Origin: Octopus sinensis
Taxonomy: Eukaryota
DNA length: 30,266 bases
Direction: 5' to 3'
Assembly: GCF_006345805.1 (NCBI RefSeq)
Contig: NW_021832629.1
Location: forward strand, 1 to 30,266
Part shown: piece by piece, positions 11,280-23,210 of the stretch
Layout of the letters: each line of letters begins with the position of its first letter
How positions within the stretch are numbered: position 1 is the first letter of the stretch
The notes under the pieces: model-generated
Databases searched by the model: none
What the model was told of the DNA's origin: nothing
What the model saw: only the letters and a program-made list of their open reading frames with translations
Translations under genes and position numbers: made by a program

Positions 11280-12575
11280 CTCTTTTACTTGTTTCAGTCA
11301 TTTGACTGTGGCCATGCTCGAGCACCGCCTTTAGTCGAACGAATCGACCCCAGGACTTATTCTTTGTAAGCCGAGAACTTATTCTATCCATGTTTATCAC
11401 AGGTCGATTTCTGTGAGAATTTTGATGGTTGTACATTGGATAAATGTGTTTGAAAGTTGTGGCTTCTTTGGTTTGTTTGTTCCCAAACAACACTTATTTT
11501 AGTGCTGTTGACACTGCTGGATTGAGTGGTACTGCCCAGGTGTCGAAACCATAATGATATCTGTGGGGCAGCTGATGATGGAGGTATGTTGAATTGTTGG
11601 TATGACTGTGGAATAGTATTATAACACATTTTGATATATATATATATGTACCAGCCAGGATCCCCGAAATCGAATTGAACCAGCCAGGATCCCTGGTCTG
11701 GTGGTACGTAAAAAGCACTATCCGACTCGTGGCCGATGCCAGCACCACCTCGACTGGCTTCCGTGCCGGTGGCAATAAAATACACCAATCTGACCGTGGC
11801 CGTTGCCAGCCCCGCCTGGCACCTGTGCAGGTGGCACGTAAAAAGCACCCACTACACTCACGGAGTGGTTGGCGTTAGGAAGGGCATCCAGCTGTAGAAA
11901 CATTGCCAGATTAGACTGGAGCCTGGTGCAGCCTTCTGGCTTCCCAGAACCCCGGTCGAACCGTCCAACCCATGCTAGCATGGAGAACGGACGTTAAACG
12001 ACGATGATGATGATGATGTATATATGTGTGCCCCAGCATGGCCACAGTCCGTGAGCTGAAACTAGATAAAATAAAATAAATAAATAAAAAAAATATATAT
12101 ATATATACACACACATATAATCACCATCATGGGTCGGATGTGTTAGCAGGAACTGGCATGACCAAGGACCACACCATAGTCTGTTTTGGCTTGGTTTCTG
12201 TGGTTGGTTGCCCTTCCTAAAACCAACCTCTCTACTTATATATACTTTTATTCTCTTACTTGTTTCAGTCATTTGACTGCAGCCATGCTCGAGCATCACC
12301 TTAAAAAAATTTTTAGTAAGACCTGTTAATGCAGGCCCTGCACAGGATGTTCAATGTGGTTGTCTGCATATGTCACTACCCACAAGACCACCAACATACT
12401 CATCACACACACACACACCAAATGAAGTGTCCACACATGGATGTTGCTGAAAAATATTCAAATATATATTAATAATTATAAATCAGTCTTTTTGTGATAT
12501 TTTTGCTGCTTTTAAATAAAGCATATTACTCTACCTCTGGTATTTGAGTACTATTTTCTCCCACCTTGTTTCACA

Positions 12576-15500
12576 TTTAGGCCAACCAAACATTCTATGA
12601 CCTTAGGCCAACCAAACATTCTATGACCTTAGGCCAACCAAAGCATTCTATGACCTTAGGCCAGCCAAAGCATTCTATGACCTTAGGCAGACCAAACATT
12701 CTATGACCTTAGGCCAACCAAAGCATTCTATGACCTTGGGCCAGCCAAAGCATTCTATGACCTTAGGCCAGCCAAAGCATTCTATGACCTTGGGCCAACC
12801 AAAGCATTCTATGACCTTGGGCCAACGAAAGCATTCTATGACCTTGGGTCAACCAAAGCATTCTATGACCTTGGGCCAACCAAGGCATTCTATGACCTTA
12901 CACCAACCAAAGCATTCTATGACCTTAGGACAACCAAAGCATTCTATGACCTTGGGCCAACCAAGGCATTCTGACTTTAGGCCAACCAAACATTCTATGA
13001 CCTTAGGCCAATCAAACATTCTATGACTTTAGGCCAACCAAACATTCTATGACCTTGGGCCAACCAAAGCATTCTATGACCTTAGGCCAACCAAGGCATT
13101 CTATGACCTTGGGCCAACCAAACATTCTATGACCTTACGCCAACCAAAGCATTCTATGACCTTAGGCCAACCAAAGCATTCTATGACCTTGGGCCAACCA
13201 AAGCATTCTATGACCTTAGGCCAACCAAGGCATTCTATGACTTTAGGCCAACCAAACATTCTATGACCTTGGGCCAACCAAAGCATTCTATGACCTTAGG
13301 CCAACCAAGGCATTCTATGACCTTAGGCCAATCAAACATTCTATGACTTTAGGCCAACCAAACATTCTATGACCTTGGGCCAACCAAAGCATTCTATAAC
13401 CTTAGGCTAACCAAGGCATTCTATGACCTTAGGCCAACCAAACATTCTATGACCTTAGGCCAACCAAAGCATTCTATGACCTTAGGCCAACCAAGGCATT
13501 CTATGACCTTGGGCCAACCAAAGCATTCTATGACCTTAGGCCAACCAAAGCATTCTATGACTTTAGGCCAACCAAAGCATTCTATGACCTTGGGCCAACC
13601 AAAGCATTCTATGACCTTAGGCCAACCAAGGCATTCTATGACCTTAGGCCAATCAAACATTCTATGACTTTAGGCCAACCAAACATTCTATGACCTTGGG
13701 CCAACCAAAGCATTCTATAACCTTAGGCTAACCAAGGCATTCTATGACCTTAGGCCAACCAAACATTCTATGACCTTAGGCCAACCAAAGCATTCTATGA
13801 CCTTGGGCCAACCAAAGCATTCTATGACCTTAGGCCAACCAAGGCATTCTATGACCTTGGGCCAACCAAAGCATTCTATGACCTTAGGCCAACCAAAGCA
13901 TCTATGACCTTGGGCCAACCAATGCATTCTATAACCTTAGGCTAACCAAGGCATTCTATGACCTTAGGCCAACCAAACATTCTATGACCTTAGGCCAACC
14001 AAAGCATTCTATGACCTTAGGCCAACCAAGGCATTCTATGACCTTGGGCCAACCAAAGCATTCTATGACCTTAGGCCAACCAAAGCATCTATGACCTTGG
14101 GCCAACCAAAGCATTCTATGACCTTAGGCCAACCAAGGCATTCTATGACTTTAGGCCAATCAAACATTCTATGACCTTAGGCCAACCAAAGCATCTATGA
14201 CCTTGGGCCAACCAAACATTCTATGACCTTAGGCCAACCAAGGCATTCTATGACTTTAGGCCAACCAAACATTCTATGATCTTGGGCCAACCAAAGCATT
14301 CTATGACCTTAGGCCAACCAAAGCATCTATGACCTTGGGCCAACCAAAGCATTCTATGACCTTAGGCCAAGCAAGGCATTCTATGACTTTAGGCCAATCA
14401 AACATTCTATGACCTTAGGCCAACCAAACATTCTATGACCTTAGGCCAACCAAGGCATTCTATGACCTTAGGCCAATCAAACATTCTATGACTTTAGGCC
14501 AACCAAACATTCTATGACCTTGGGCCAACCAAAGCATCTATGACCTTGGGCCAACCAAAGCATTCTGTGACCTTAGGCCAACCAAGGCATTCTATGACCT
14601 TAGGCCAACCAAAGCATTCTATGACCTTAGGCCAACCAAGGCATTCTATGACCTTGGGCCAACCAAAGCATTCTATGACCTTAGGCCAACCAAAGCATCT
14701 ATGACCATGGGCCAACCAAAGCATTCTATGACCTTAGGCCAACCAAGGCATTCTATGACTTTAGGCCAACCAAACATTCTATGACCTTGGGCCAACCAAA
14801 GCATTCTATGACCTTAGGCCAACCAAAGCATCTATGACCTTGGGTCAACCAAAGCATTCTATGACCTTATGCCAACCAAGGCATTCTATGACTTTAGGCC
14901 AATCAAACATTCTATGACCTTAGGCCAACCAAACATTCTATGACTTTAGGCCAACCAAACATTCTATGACCTTGGGCCAACCAAAGCATTCTATGACCTT
15001 AGGCCAACCAAACATTCTATGACCTTGGGCCAACCAAAGCATTCTATGACCTTAGGCCAACCAAGGCATTCTATGACCTTAGGCCAATCAAACATTCTAT
15101 GACTTTAGGCCAACCAAACATTCTATGACCTTGGGCCAACCAAAGCATTCTATGACCTTAGGCCAACCAAGGCATTCTATGACCTTAGGCCAACCAAAGC
15201 ATTCTATGACCTTAGGCCAATCAAACATTCGATGACCTTAGGCCAATCAAACATTCTATGACCTTAGGCCAACCAAGGCATTCTTCTGACCTGAGGCCAA
15301 CCAAGGCATTCTTATAACCTTAGGCCAACCAAGGCATTTTATGACCTTAGGCCAACCAAGGCATTCTTATGACCTTAGGCCAACCAAGGCATTCTTATGA
15401 CCTTAGGCCAACCAAGGCATTCTTATGACCTTAGGCCAGCCAAAGTATTCTATGACCTTAGGCCAACCAAGGCATTCTTCTGACCTTAGGCCAACTAGAG

Positions 15501-16037
15501 CATTCTATGACCTTGGGCGAACCAAGGCATTCTTCTGACCTTAGGCTAACCAAAGCATTCTATGACCTTAGGCCAGCCAAAGCATTCTATGACCTTAGGC
15601 CAATCAAACATTCGATGACCTTAGGCCAATCAAACATTCTATGACCTTAGGCCAACCAAGGCATTCTTCTGACCTGAGGCCAATCAAGGCATTCTTATAA
15701 CCTTAGGCCAACCAAGGCATTCTATGACCTTAGGCCAGCCAAAGCATTCTATGACCTTAGGCCAATGAAACATTCGATGACCTTAGGCCAATCAAACATT
15801 CTATGACCTTAGGCCAACCAAGGCATTCTTCTGACCTGAGGCCAACCAAGGCATTCTTATAACCTTAGGCCAACCAAGGCATTCTATGACCTTAGGCCAG
15901 CCAAAGCATTCTATGACCTTAGGCCAACCAAGGCATTCTTCTGACCTTAGGCCAACTAAAGCATTCTTTGACCTTGGGCGAACCAAACATTCTATGACCT
16001 TGGGCAAACCAAGGCATTCTTGTGGTCTTGGGCCAAC
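12576..16037 (+). repeat. Minisatellite, 27-bp consensus CCTTAGGCCAACCAAAGCATTCTATGA (26-28 bp variants), roughly 128 units
   Basis: Continuous head-to-tail units without spacers. The unit count is estimated from length/27. Confidence 0.97.
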
Positions 16038-16633
16038 AATAGAGTTGATTTGGTAGATGGAAATTAAGAAGCTTGTCAGGTATGTGTTATGTGTGTCAAA
16101 ACCGTCCAACCATGCCAGCATAGAAGACGGATGTTAAATGATGATAATGATGATATATGACACAATCTGTAAAGTGGTTGGCATTAGGAAGAGCATCCAG
16201 TTGTAGAAACCATACCGAAACAGACAACTGGGGCCTTGGACAGCTCCCTGCCTGGCCAGATCTAGTCAACTCATACCAACATGGAAAATGGATATTAAAC
16301 AATGATGATGACGATGATGATGATGTATACATATAATAGAGTGTCTGTTCGAGTATGTGTGTGTGTGTGTGTGTGTGTATGATTGAGTCACCTTGGTATG
16401 ACACTGTGCGATGGTTCGAAACGAGTGCTAACCTTGTGCACCGTCATGTGCGTCTTATCTATGCTTTGAAACATGTCTGCAAAGCCGCTGGAACGAATTT
16501 CGTCTGACTCATGTCGGCGGGGAAAAGCAGAGGTTAAAACATGAAAAGGATATGACACATGTAAACACACACACACACATATCTATATGTGTATAAAAAT
16601 ACGAAAAAAACCCAGAAAAGTTTATAAATGACT

Positions 16634-16639
16634 TTTATT
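16634..16639 (-). promoter_or_regulatory. Possible TAF8 polyadenylation signal AATAAA
   Basis: First canonical AATAAA I found on the minus strand downstream of the TAF8 stop (about 1.26 kb away). Motif only. Confidence 0.3.
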
Positions 16640-16740
16640 TTTTGTTGTTGTACAATAAAATGATGAAATGTTACACCTATGTATACTACATACATTTACA
16701 TATACTCACACCAATACATATGCATGTTTATATGTACAAA

Positions 16741-16786
<46 letters not shown>

Positions 16787-16792
16787 TATGTT

Positions 16793-16861
<69 letters not shown>

Positions 16862-16862
16862 C

Positions 16863-16929
<67 letters not shown>

Positions 16930-17901
16930 TTATATATACGAACATATGTACACACGCATACAAATATACTCATATTTATACAAATTTACAAATATGCATT
17001 TATACACAAACACACACACACACACATGTATGCTTGTAGACATAAAAAAAATGTGATGAATCATGAATAATGTGACCCCCTAGTAAGGACAACAAATTTC
17101 TTCAACTCCCATCTGCCTTTCAATCAATGGCTGCCCTCAATACCACCCCCCCCCAAAAGCTCAAATCAGGGGGCATGTGTGTTACTGCCAGAGGACCCCA
17201 CTGCAAACTCAGGCTGTCATTACCACAGACCAACCTATCACCATGAGGGCAGGATTTGAACTCTCAGTCTATGGATATAATTTGATAATGAAATGCTTCT
17301 GCATTGCGTGTCATACAACACTTAAGAAAGGGGTTGCTGCATTTACCATGGAACCTATTTACAGTTTGAAGGACACCAGCCAGCCAATGGTATTTTTCTT
17401 GTTTTGTTAATGTGCAGCCCAAAGATGGCCCCTTATCTTGCAGAGACCTATGATTAAAAGTATCCCCACCATATGCTTTCCATATGTGTTTAAGACAGGC
17501 CTTCTCCAAAGTGTCCTTCATTTTGTGGTATGAAGGGTGTTTGGTGTTGTTTCTAGCCAACTGAATGACCTCATAAACGAAAAGTGAATGATAAGCACCT
17601 CAGCCACGGTACAGGATATTTTGTATATTCATTTGCTGGTTTTCTGGCCATGCTGGGGCAGTCTGTTACCAAAATGCTAGAAGTAAACTGTGGTTCCCTT
17701 AAACAGCTGGTACTCTCTTCTGACCTCAACCTCCCCACTTAGCGTTCAGCCCACAACTCCTCACCCAAGTAAGCTCATAACCCTTGCCCTCTCAAACCAA
17801 TGAAGCAAACTCCCTACCCCACTCACACCCCCCACACACACAAACCCAAGGAAATGACTCTCCACCCCCGTCCCCCACCCAAAACCCAAAACGTTCGTTC
17901 C

Positions 17902-18251
17902 TCACCGTCTCTTCTTACGTGGAGGTTTCACGGGCCGAAGATACGGATTATCGATGGCCTCGTTGTCTACGTCCAAGACAGCCTGAGAATACTCGTACCG
18001 TTCAGGAAAAAAGTCATGGACACCACCACCACCACCACCACCACCACCGCCGACGCCGCTGTTGCTGTTGTTGTTGTTGTTGTTGCTGATGTTATTCACT
18101 GCCACGCCCGCATCGTCTTTGCTCCCTTCATCATTGTACTTCTGCATGATGTTTGCCCACTGGTTCTGCACGGGCAGTTGGGCATCCAGGTCTTGGTCCT
18201 TCGGCAATAAGGCATTCAGGTAAGGCATGATGCTTGGCTTCACAGCAATCA
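17902..18251 (-). CDS. TAF8: TAF8 last coding exon (LIAVKPSIMPYLNALLP...IDNPYLRPVKPPRKKRR*)
   Basis: Acceptor tttgttgcag|, phase 1. Contains PYLxALLP and the TAF8 terminal motif IDNPYLRPVK followed by a basic NLS-like tail, with TGA at 17904-17902. Confidence 0.93.
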
Positions 18252-18943
18252 CTGCAACAAACAGACAGACGCACATGCATTATAATCATCATCATCGTTT
18301 AACGTCCGTTCTCCACGCTAGCATGGGTTGGACGGTTCGACCGGGGATCTGGGAAGCCAGAAGGCTGCACCAGGCTCCAGTCTTATCTGGCAATGTTTCT
18401 ACAGCTGGATGCCCTTCCTAACGCCAACCACTCCGTGAGTGTAGTGGGTGCTTTTTGTGTGCCACCTGCACAGGTGCCAGGCGAGGCTGGCAACGGCCAA
18501 GGTCGGATTGGTGTATTTTATGTGCCACCGGCACGGAAGCCAGTCGAGGTGGCGCTGGCATCGGCCACGAGTCAGATAGTGCTTTTTACGTACCACCAGA
18601 CCAGGGATCCTGGCTGGTTCAATTCGATTTTGATTTCGCTTGCCCCAACATGTCTTCGCAAGCAAAGGGGGTTGGCATGGGTGCCTGTCGTACGGTCGGA
18701 TTGGTTTATTTTACGTGCCACATATGCACATACATACTCTTTTACTTGTTTCAGTCATTTGACTGCAGCCATGCTGGAGCACTGCCTTTAGTTGATTGAG
18801 CAAATCGACCCCAGGACTTACTCTTTCTAAGCCTAGTACTTATTCTATCGGTCTCTTTTGCCGAACTGCTAAGTTACAGGGACGTAAACACACCAGCATC
18901 GGTTGTCAAGCAATGTTGGGGGAACAAACACAGCCTCACAAAC

Positions 18944-18988
<45 letters not shown>

Positions 18989-20223
18989 CATACACATATA
19001 CATCATCATTTAACGTCCGTTTTCAATGCTAGCATGGGTTGGACGGTTCGACTGAGGTCTGGTAAGCCATGGAGGCTGCACCAGGCTCTAGTCTGATTTG
19101 GCAGTGTTTCTACAGCTGGATGCCCTTCCTAACGCCAACCACTCCGTGAGTGTAGTGGGGGTTTTTTTACGTGCCACCGGCACAGGAGCCTGACCAGGCT
19201 GGCAAACGGCCACGATCGGTTTCCGTCCACCAGATCCACTCACAATACTTTGGTTGGCCTGAAGTTATGGCAGAAGAAACTTGCCCAAGGTGCCAAACAG
19301 TGGGACTGAACTCAGGACCACATGGCAGGGAAACAAGTTTCTTAACCACACAGCACACTCATATCCACAGCTAATATACATATAAATATATACGTAATGT
19401 GATGAACTGCAATTAACTTATAATTAAGATTCTAACTGTAAAGAGAATTAAATATATATTATGCTAATGAAAACGTTTCTTCACAAGGAGCAAGGGAGAG
19501 AACTCTTACATGTTCAATCGACCAAAAGTTAATTGACAAATGCACGGAGGGGAAACGGTGTTTGATTTCTTGTTTTAAAAGAGACATGATGAGCCCAGCT
19601 CATGTTTCCCCATGTCCAGCAGGTGACCAAGGGGTTGATTGGATAATATCTGTAGTTTTAGCTGGTCAAGCTTGGGAGTCCAGCCAGAAAGTCTAATGAC
19701 AACTGGCACTTCGCTGCTTATGAGATTAACGTGCAAGAGGCTGAGCACTCCATAGACACGTGTACCCTTAACGTAGTCCTCAGGGAGATCCAGCGTGACA
19801 CAGTGTGGCAAGGCTGGCCCCTTGAAAAATGACAATTGCTTCTGATATGACAGTATGGAGTGGGGGCATCTGGGGACTGTACCCCTATGACTGGCAGGAG
19901 AGCTAGGGGTAGACCAAGAACAAATGGGTTGGATAATACCCTCTGTCTCAGTTGGTCAGGCTAGAAAGTGTAATGACAGTTGCTCCTGATAGAACCCAAT
20001 GGAAAGGGTGCCTGATGACTCTACCCCCAATGTCCAGCATGGGACCTACAGTTAAACCAAAAATCAGATGGTTGGATAATAATATTCGTAGTCTCAGTGA
20101 GTCGTGCTTGGGAATCCAGCAGAAAGGAAACTGTAATGATGGATGCTTCTGATAGGGCCCTAAGGAGGCGGTTGAATAATATCTATACTCTTAGGTGGTC
20201 AGACCTGGAAACGTGGAGGTCCG

Positions 20224-20840
20224 GGGCTTAGTGGTTAGGGTGTTGGACTCATGATTGTAAGATTGTGGTTTCGATTACTGGATTGGGTGATGCATTGTAT
20301 TCTTGAGCAAGGCACTTCATTTCACGTTGCTCCAGTCCACTCAGCTGGCAAAAATGAGTCATCTTGTGACAGACTGGCATCAGGTCCAGGTGGGGTATAC
20401 AGGCATGTAGGAGTCAGAGTCCATGGAGTCAAAAACAATTAAGAGATAGCTGGAATCAGAGTCAGAGTCAGTAAAACTATACTGACTCTGACTCTGGCTC
20501 ACAATACCTTTAATCTTTCATATAAACCAGTTATGGAGATGCAATGGCCCAGTGGTTAGGGCAGCGGACTTATGGTCGTAGGATCGCGGTTTCGATTCCC
20601 AGACCAAGCGTTGTGAGTGTTTATTGAGCGAAAACACCTAAAAGCACCACGAGGCTCCAGTAGGGGGTGGTGGCAATCCCTGCTGTACTCTTTCGGAACA
20701 ACTTCTCTCACTCTTTCTTCTGTTGGCCTGCTCACTTAGCTAGTAGGGTGGCGTCATTTGAAGGCTAAAACAATGCGAAGTGCATTGTGACCAGCGATGT
20801 GTAGCAACATCTGATAGCCTGGTCAGTCACGGTGATAAAC
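20224..20840 (+). mobile_element. Two further tRNA-headed SINEs (about 20224-20360 and 20536-20840; a related copy on the minus strand at about 23000-23192)
   Basis: Heads GGCTTAGTGGTTAGGG / GGCCCAGTGGTTAGGG with a B-box-like GGTTTCGATT and no tRNA 3' acceptor stem or CCA. Confidence 0.65.
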
Positions 20841-21329
20841 CAGTTATAACAAATAGGCCTACTCAAAGTACAAGCGAATGCTTTATGAGATATGTAGACC
20901 ACCACTATCACTTGATTACATAAAGAGGAGTCGGAGTCGAAGGGGCCAACAGCAGAGGAGTCGAAGTTGAAGGTTTTTGTTTCGACCCCACGGTCCTGGG
21001 GGAACGTATACGCCATGAAAATCGGGAAACCAGGCCTTATGAGTAGGTATGACCGAAGAAGGGAATCATCAGCATCATCATCATCATTTAACGTCCGTTT
21101 TCCATGTTGGTATGGGTTGGACGGTTCGACTGAGGACTGGTGAGCCAGAAGGGTGCACCAGGCTCTGAATCCAACCAGAAGTTCTTGAGATATCTTTGTC
21201 CACAGACAAACAAACACAACTGAAAAGAATACCTTCGCCTTCACTAAGGTGGAGATGGTAATGATAATTTGTAAATAATAATAATAATGACAACAACGAT
21301 GTCCCTGTCATCAGCATTTGCGAACTTAC

Positions 21330-21477
21330 ATGGGAAAGCTCCGCTGTCGTCGTTGAAGAGTTTTTGTGTTTTGCCAGTGTTAGCGATGAAGCGTGTCAGT
21401 GCTCGTTCCGTGTCTCTCTTCTGAGATGCAACTTTCTCTCGAACCAGTTGATAGTCAGTCACGGGGTCTCGATATGT
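21330..21477 (-). CDS. TAF8: TAF8 coding exon 5 (TYRDPVTDYQLVREKVASQKRDTERALTRFIANTGKTQKLFNDDSGAFP)
   Basis: 148 nt with acceptor tctctcaacag| and donor T|GTAAGT, phase 0-1. Strong match to the conserved TAF8 C-terminal domain (YRxPVxDYQxxREKxASQxRDxERALTRF). Confidence 0.96.
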
Positions 21478-22137
21478 CTGTTGAGAGACAAAAACCAATT
21501 AAGAAAAACTAATGAAGTTCTATATTCAAGAAATGAGGAATCTCTTTTGAGGGTCGATAAATTAAGCATTTAGTCCCAGACTACTTAAATTTCTGAATAT
21601 TACTTTTAAATTTTTACAGATTATTGAAAATAGATTAAAATAAAAAAAATAATTATTAAAACTCCTTTACTTGAAGTAGAAATGGAAATACTCAGTGTCC
21701 TATAAATAGGACACTGAGACAATGTAATATAGCTTATTTAAGGTTTTCATTTAGGGTCCTGTTTATAGGACGATGGGACTCAATGGATGAATAATGGCAA
21801 CATTATTGAAGGTGGCGAGCTGGCAGAATCATTAGCACACCGGGCAAAATAATTAGCAGTATTTATTCTGCCATTACGTCCTGAGTTCAAATTCTGCCAA
21901 GGATTTCGGGATTGATTAAACAAGTACCAGTTACACACTGGGGTCAATGTAGTTGACTTAATCCCTTTTTCTGTCCTTGTTTGTCCCCTCATGTTGAGCC
22001 CCTCACTCCTAGATAGATTAGGTCTGAAAAACAAGGCATGATGGCTATGGTTAGAATGTCTTTCATAAATAGGTTTGCTGGACCATGATAGTCCTGGGGC
22101 AAAACAATAACAATAACAACAGCAATGAAAATCTTAC

Positions 22138-22262
22138 AGGTGTCCGAATGTAGCTGTGAGGTCCTGGAAATGGGGGGAAATAATCCTGGATGTATGATGG
22201 GTGTTGCTTCCGTTCCCCAGTTTCGAGTATTCCAGGTAAGGGTGGTACATGCTTGTGGGTTG
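22138..22262 (-). CDS. TAF8: TAF8 coding exon 4 (THKHVPPLPGILETGERKQHPSYIQDYFPPFPGPHSYIRTP)
   Basis: 125 nt with acceptor aatttttacag| and donor |GTAAGA, phase 1-0. Contains the proline-rich TAF8 motif HPxxIxxxFPxFPxPHxYIxTP. Confidence 0.93.
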
Positions 22263-23210
22263 CTGTAAAAATTCAGACAAAAAAATAAGAAAAATTGATA
22301 TAAAAAAAAAAGAGACAAAAGAAAAATTGAGATAAAAAAAATGATGATGGCATCATAATTTGATATCTGATCAATGGTGTTTTATGTCCATATTTTTCAG
22401 GCCAGCATGAGTTAGATGAATACATAGTTGAGGTAATATTTTACAGACAAATGTCCTTTCTGTTGCAAACCCTTACATGATGCACACACATATACACACA
22501 ACTATGTATGCGTATAAATATATATGTAATTATATATGTGTGTGTGTGTGTGTGTATATACATGCTGGAGGCACGTAAAAAGCACCTTTCGAGCGTTGGG
22601 CCTCATGGAGACAATGACAAATGACTGAGACCTTTGGCAAGATGCTGTGCTTGAGTAGAAGACCCATCAAGCCAAGTGAAATTGCAGTTGTGACAGACAC
22701 TGGTGTTGCATAACTGGCACCCATGCTGGTGGCATTCAAATGCACCCATTACACTCTTGGAAAGTTGGCGTTAGGAAGGGCATCCAGCCATGGAAAACCA
22801 TGCCAAATCAAACTAAGGTCTGGTGCAGGCCCTCAGCTTACCATTCCTGGTCAAACTGTCCAACCCATGACAGTATGGACAACGGAATTTACATGATGAT
22901 GATGATGATGATAATAATGATGTGTGTGTGTATGTATATCAAGGATTCTCCTGTCGTTCAACGACGTATGAGGGCTCAGCAATTTCTTGCCAAGCAACCA
23001 CACAGATGATCTGTCTATAGTGATCAAATGTTTGTGTTCACATAAGCTCACTCCCTCCATCAAATCGACATTACTTGTACAGGTGCAGATGACGTAATGA
23101 CGGCAGAGCATAACACAACACCTGGTATAGGAATTGAACCCACGATCTCGCAATCGTGAGTGCAACACCCTAACCACTAAGCCATGTGCCTTCACACACA
23201 CATATATATA

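Noticed and set aside
11384-11640. Coding exon in the spacer between the inverted retroposons
   Set aside because: The open frames show no recognisable homology and have no convincing donor.
10850-12114. Recurrent ORFs such as MLAWVGRFDRGSGKPEG and MNQPGSLVWWYVK (also at 18227-18791)
   Set aside because: They come from copies of the same non-coding retroposon and have no recognisable domain.
12703-14724. Repeat protein (MTLGQPKHS)n or its antisense frames
   Set aside because: Frequent 26- and 28-bp units break the frame, there are no splice signals, and the unit traces to a SINE.
12576-16037. CRISPR array
   Set aside because: The units are contiguous with no unique spacers, there are no cas genes, and the context is eukaryotic.
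17177-17560. ORFs of 77 and 98 aa downstream of TAF8
   Set aside because: No recognisable motif or exon context. The region is most simply TAF8 3' UTR.
19585-19745. C/D box snoRNA (ATGATGA ... CTGA)
   Set aside because: No terminal stem or identifiable guide, and the D-box candidate lies in SINE-like sequence.
20457-20496. 17-bp hairpin of GAGTCA repeats as a structured RNA
   Set aside because: It is better explained as the internal inverted repeats of a short decayed MITE (about 20400-20508).
20765-21244. 159-aa ORF as an extra TAF8 exon
   Set aside because: It spans SINE and retroposon pieces, and exon 5 joins exon 6 in frame (FP|LIA) without it.
21691-21775. Palindrome CTCAGTGTCCTATAAATAGGACACTGAG as a TATA or regulatory element
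   Set aside because: A second inverted GTCCT(A/G)TTTATAGGAC nearby suggests the TIR remnants of a tiny deleted transposon.
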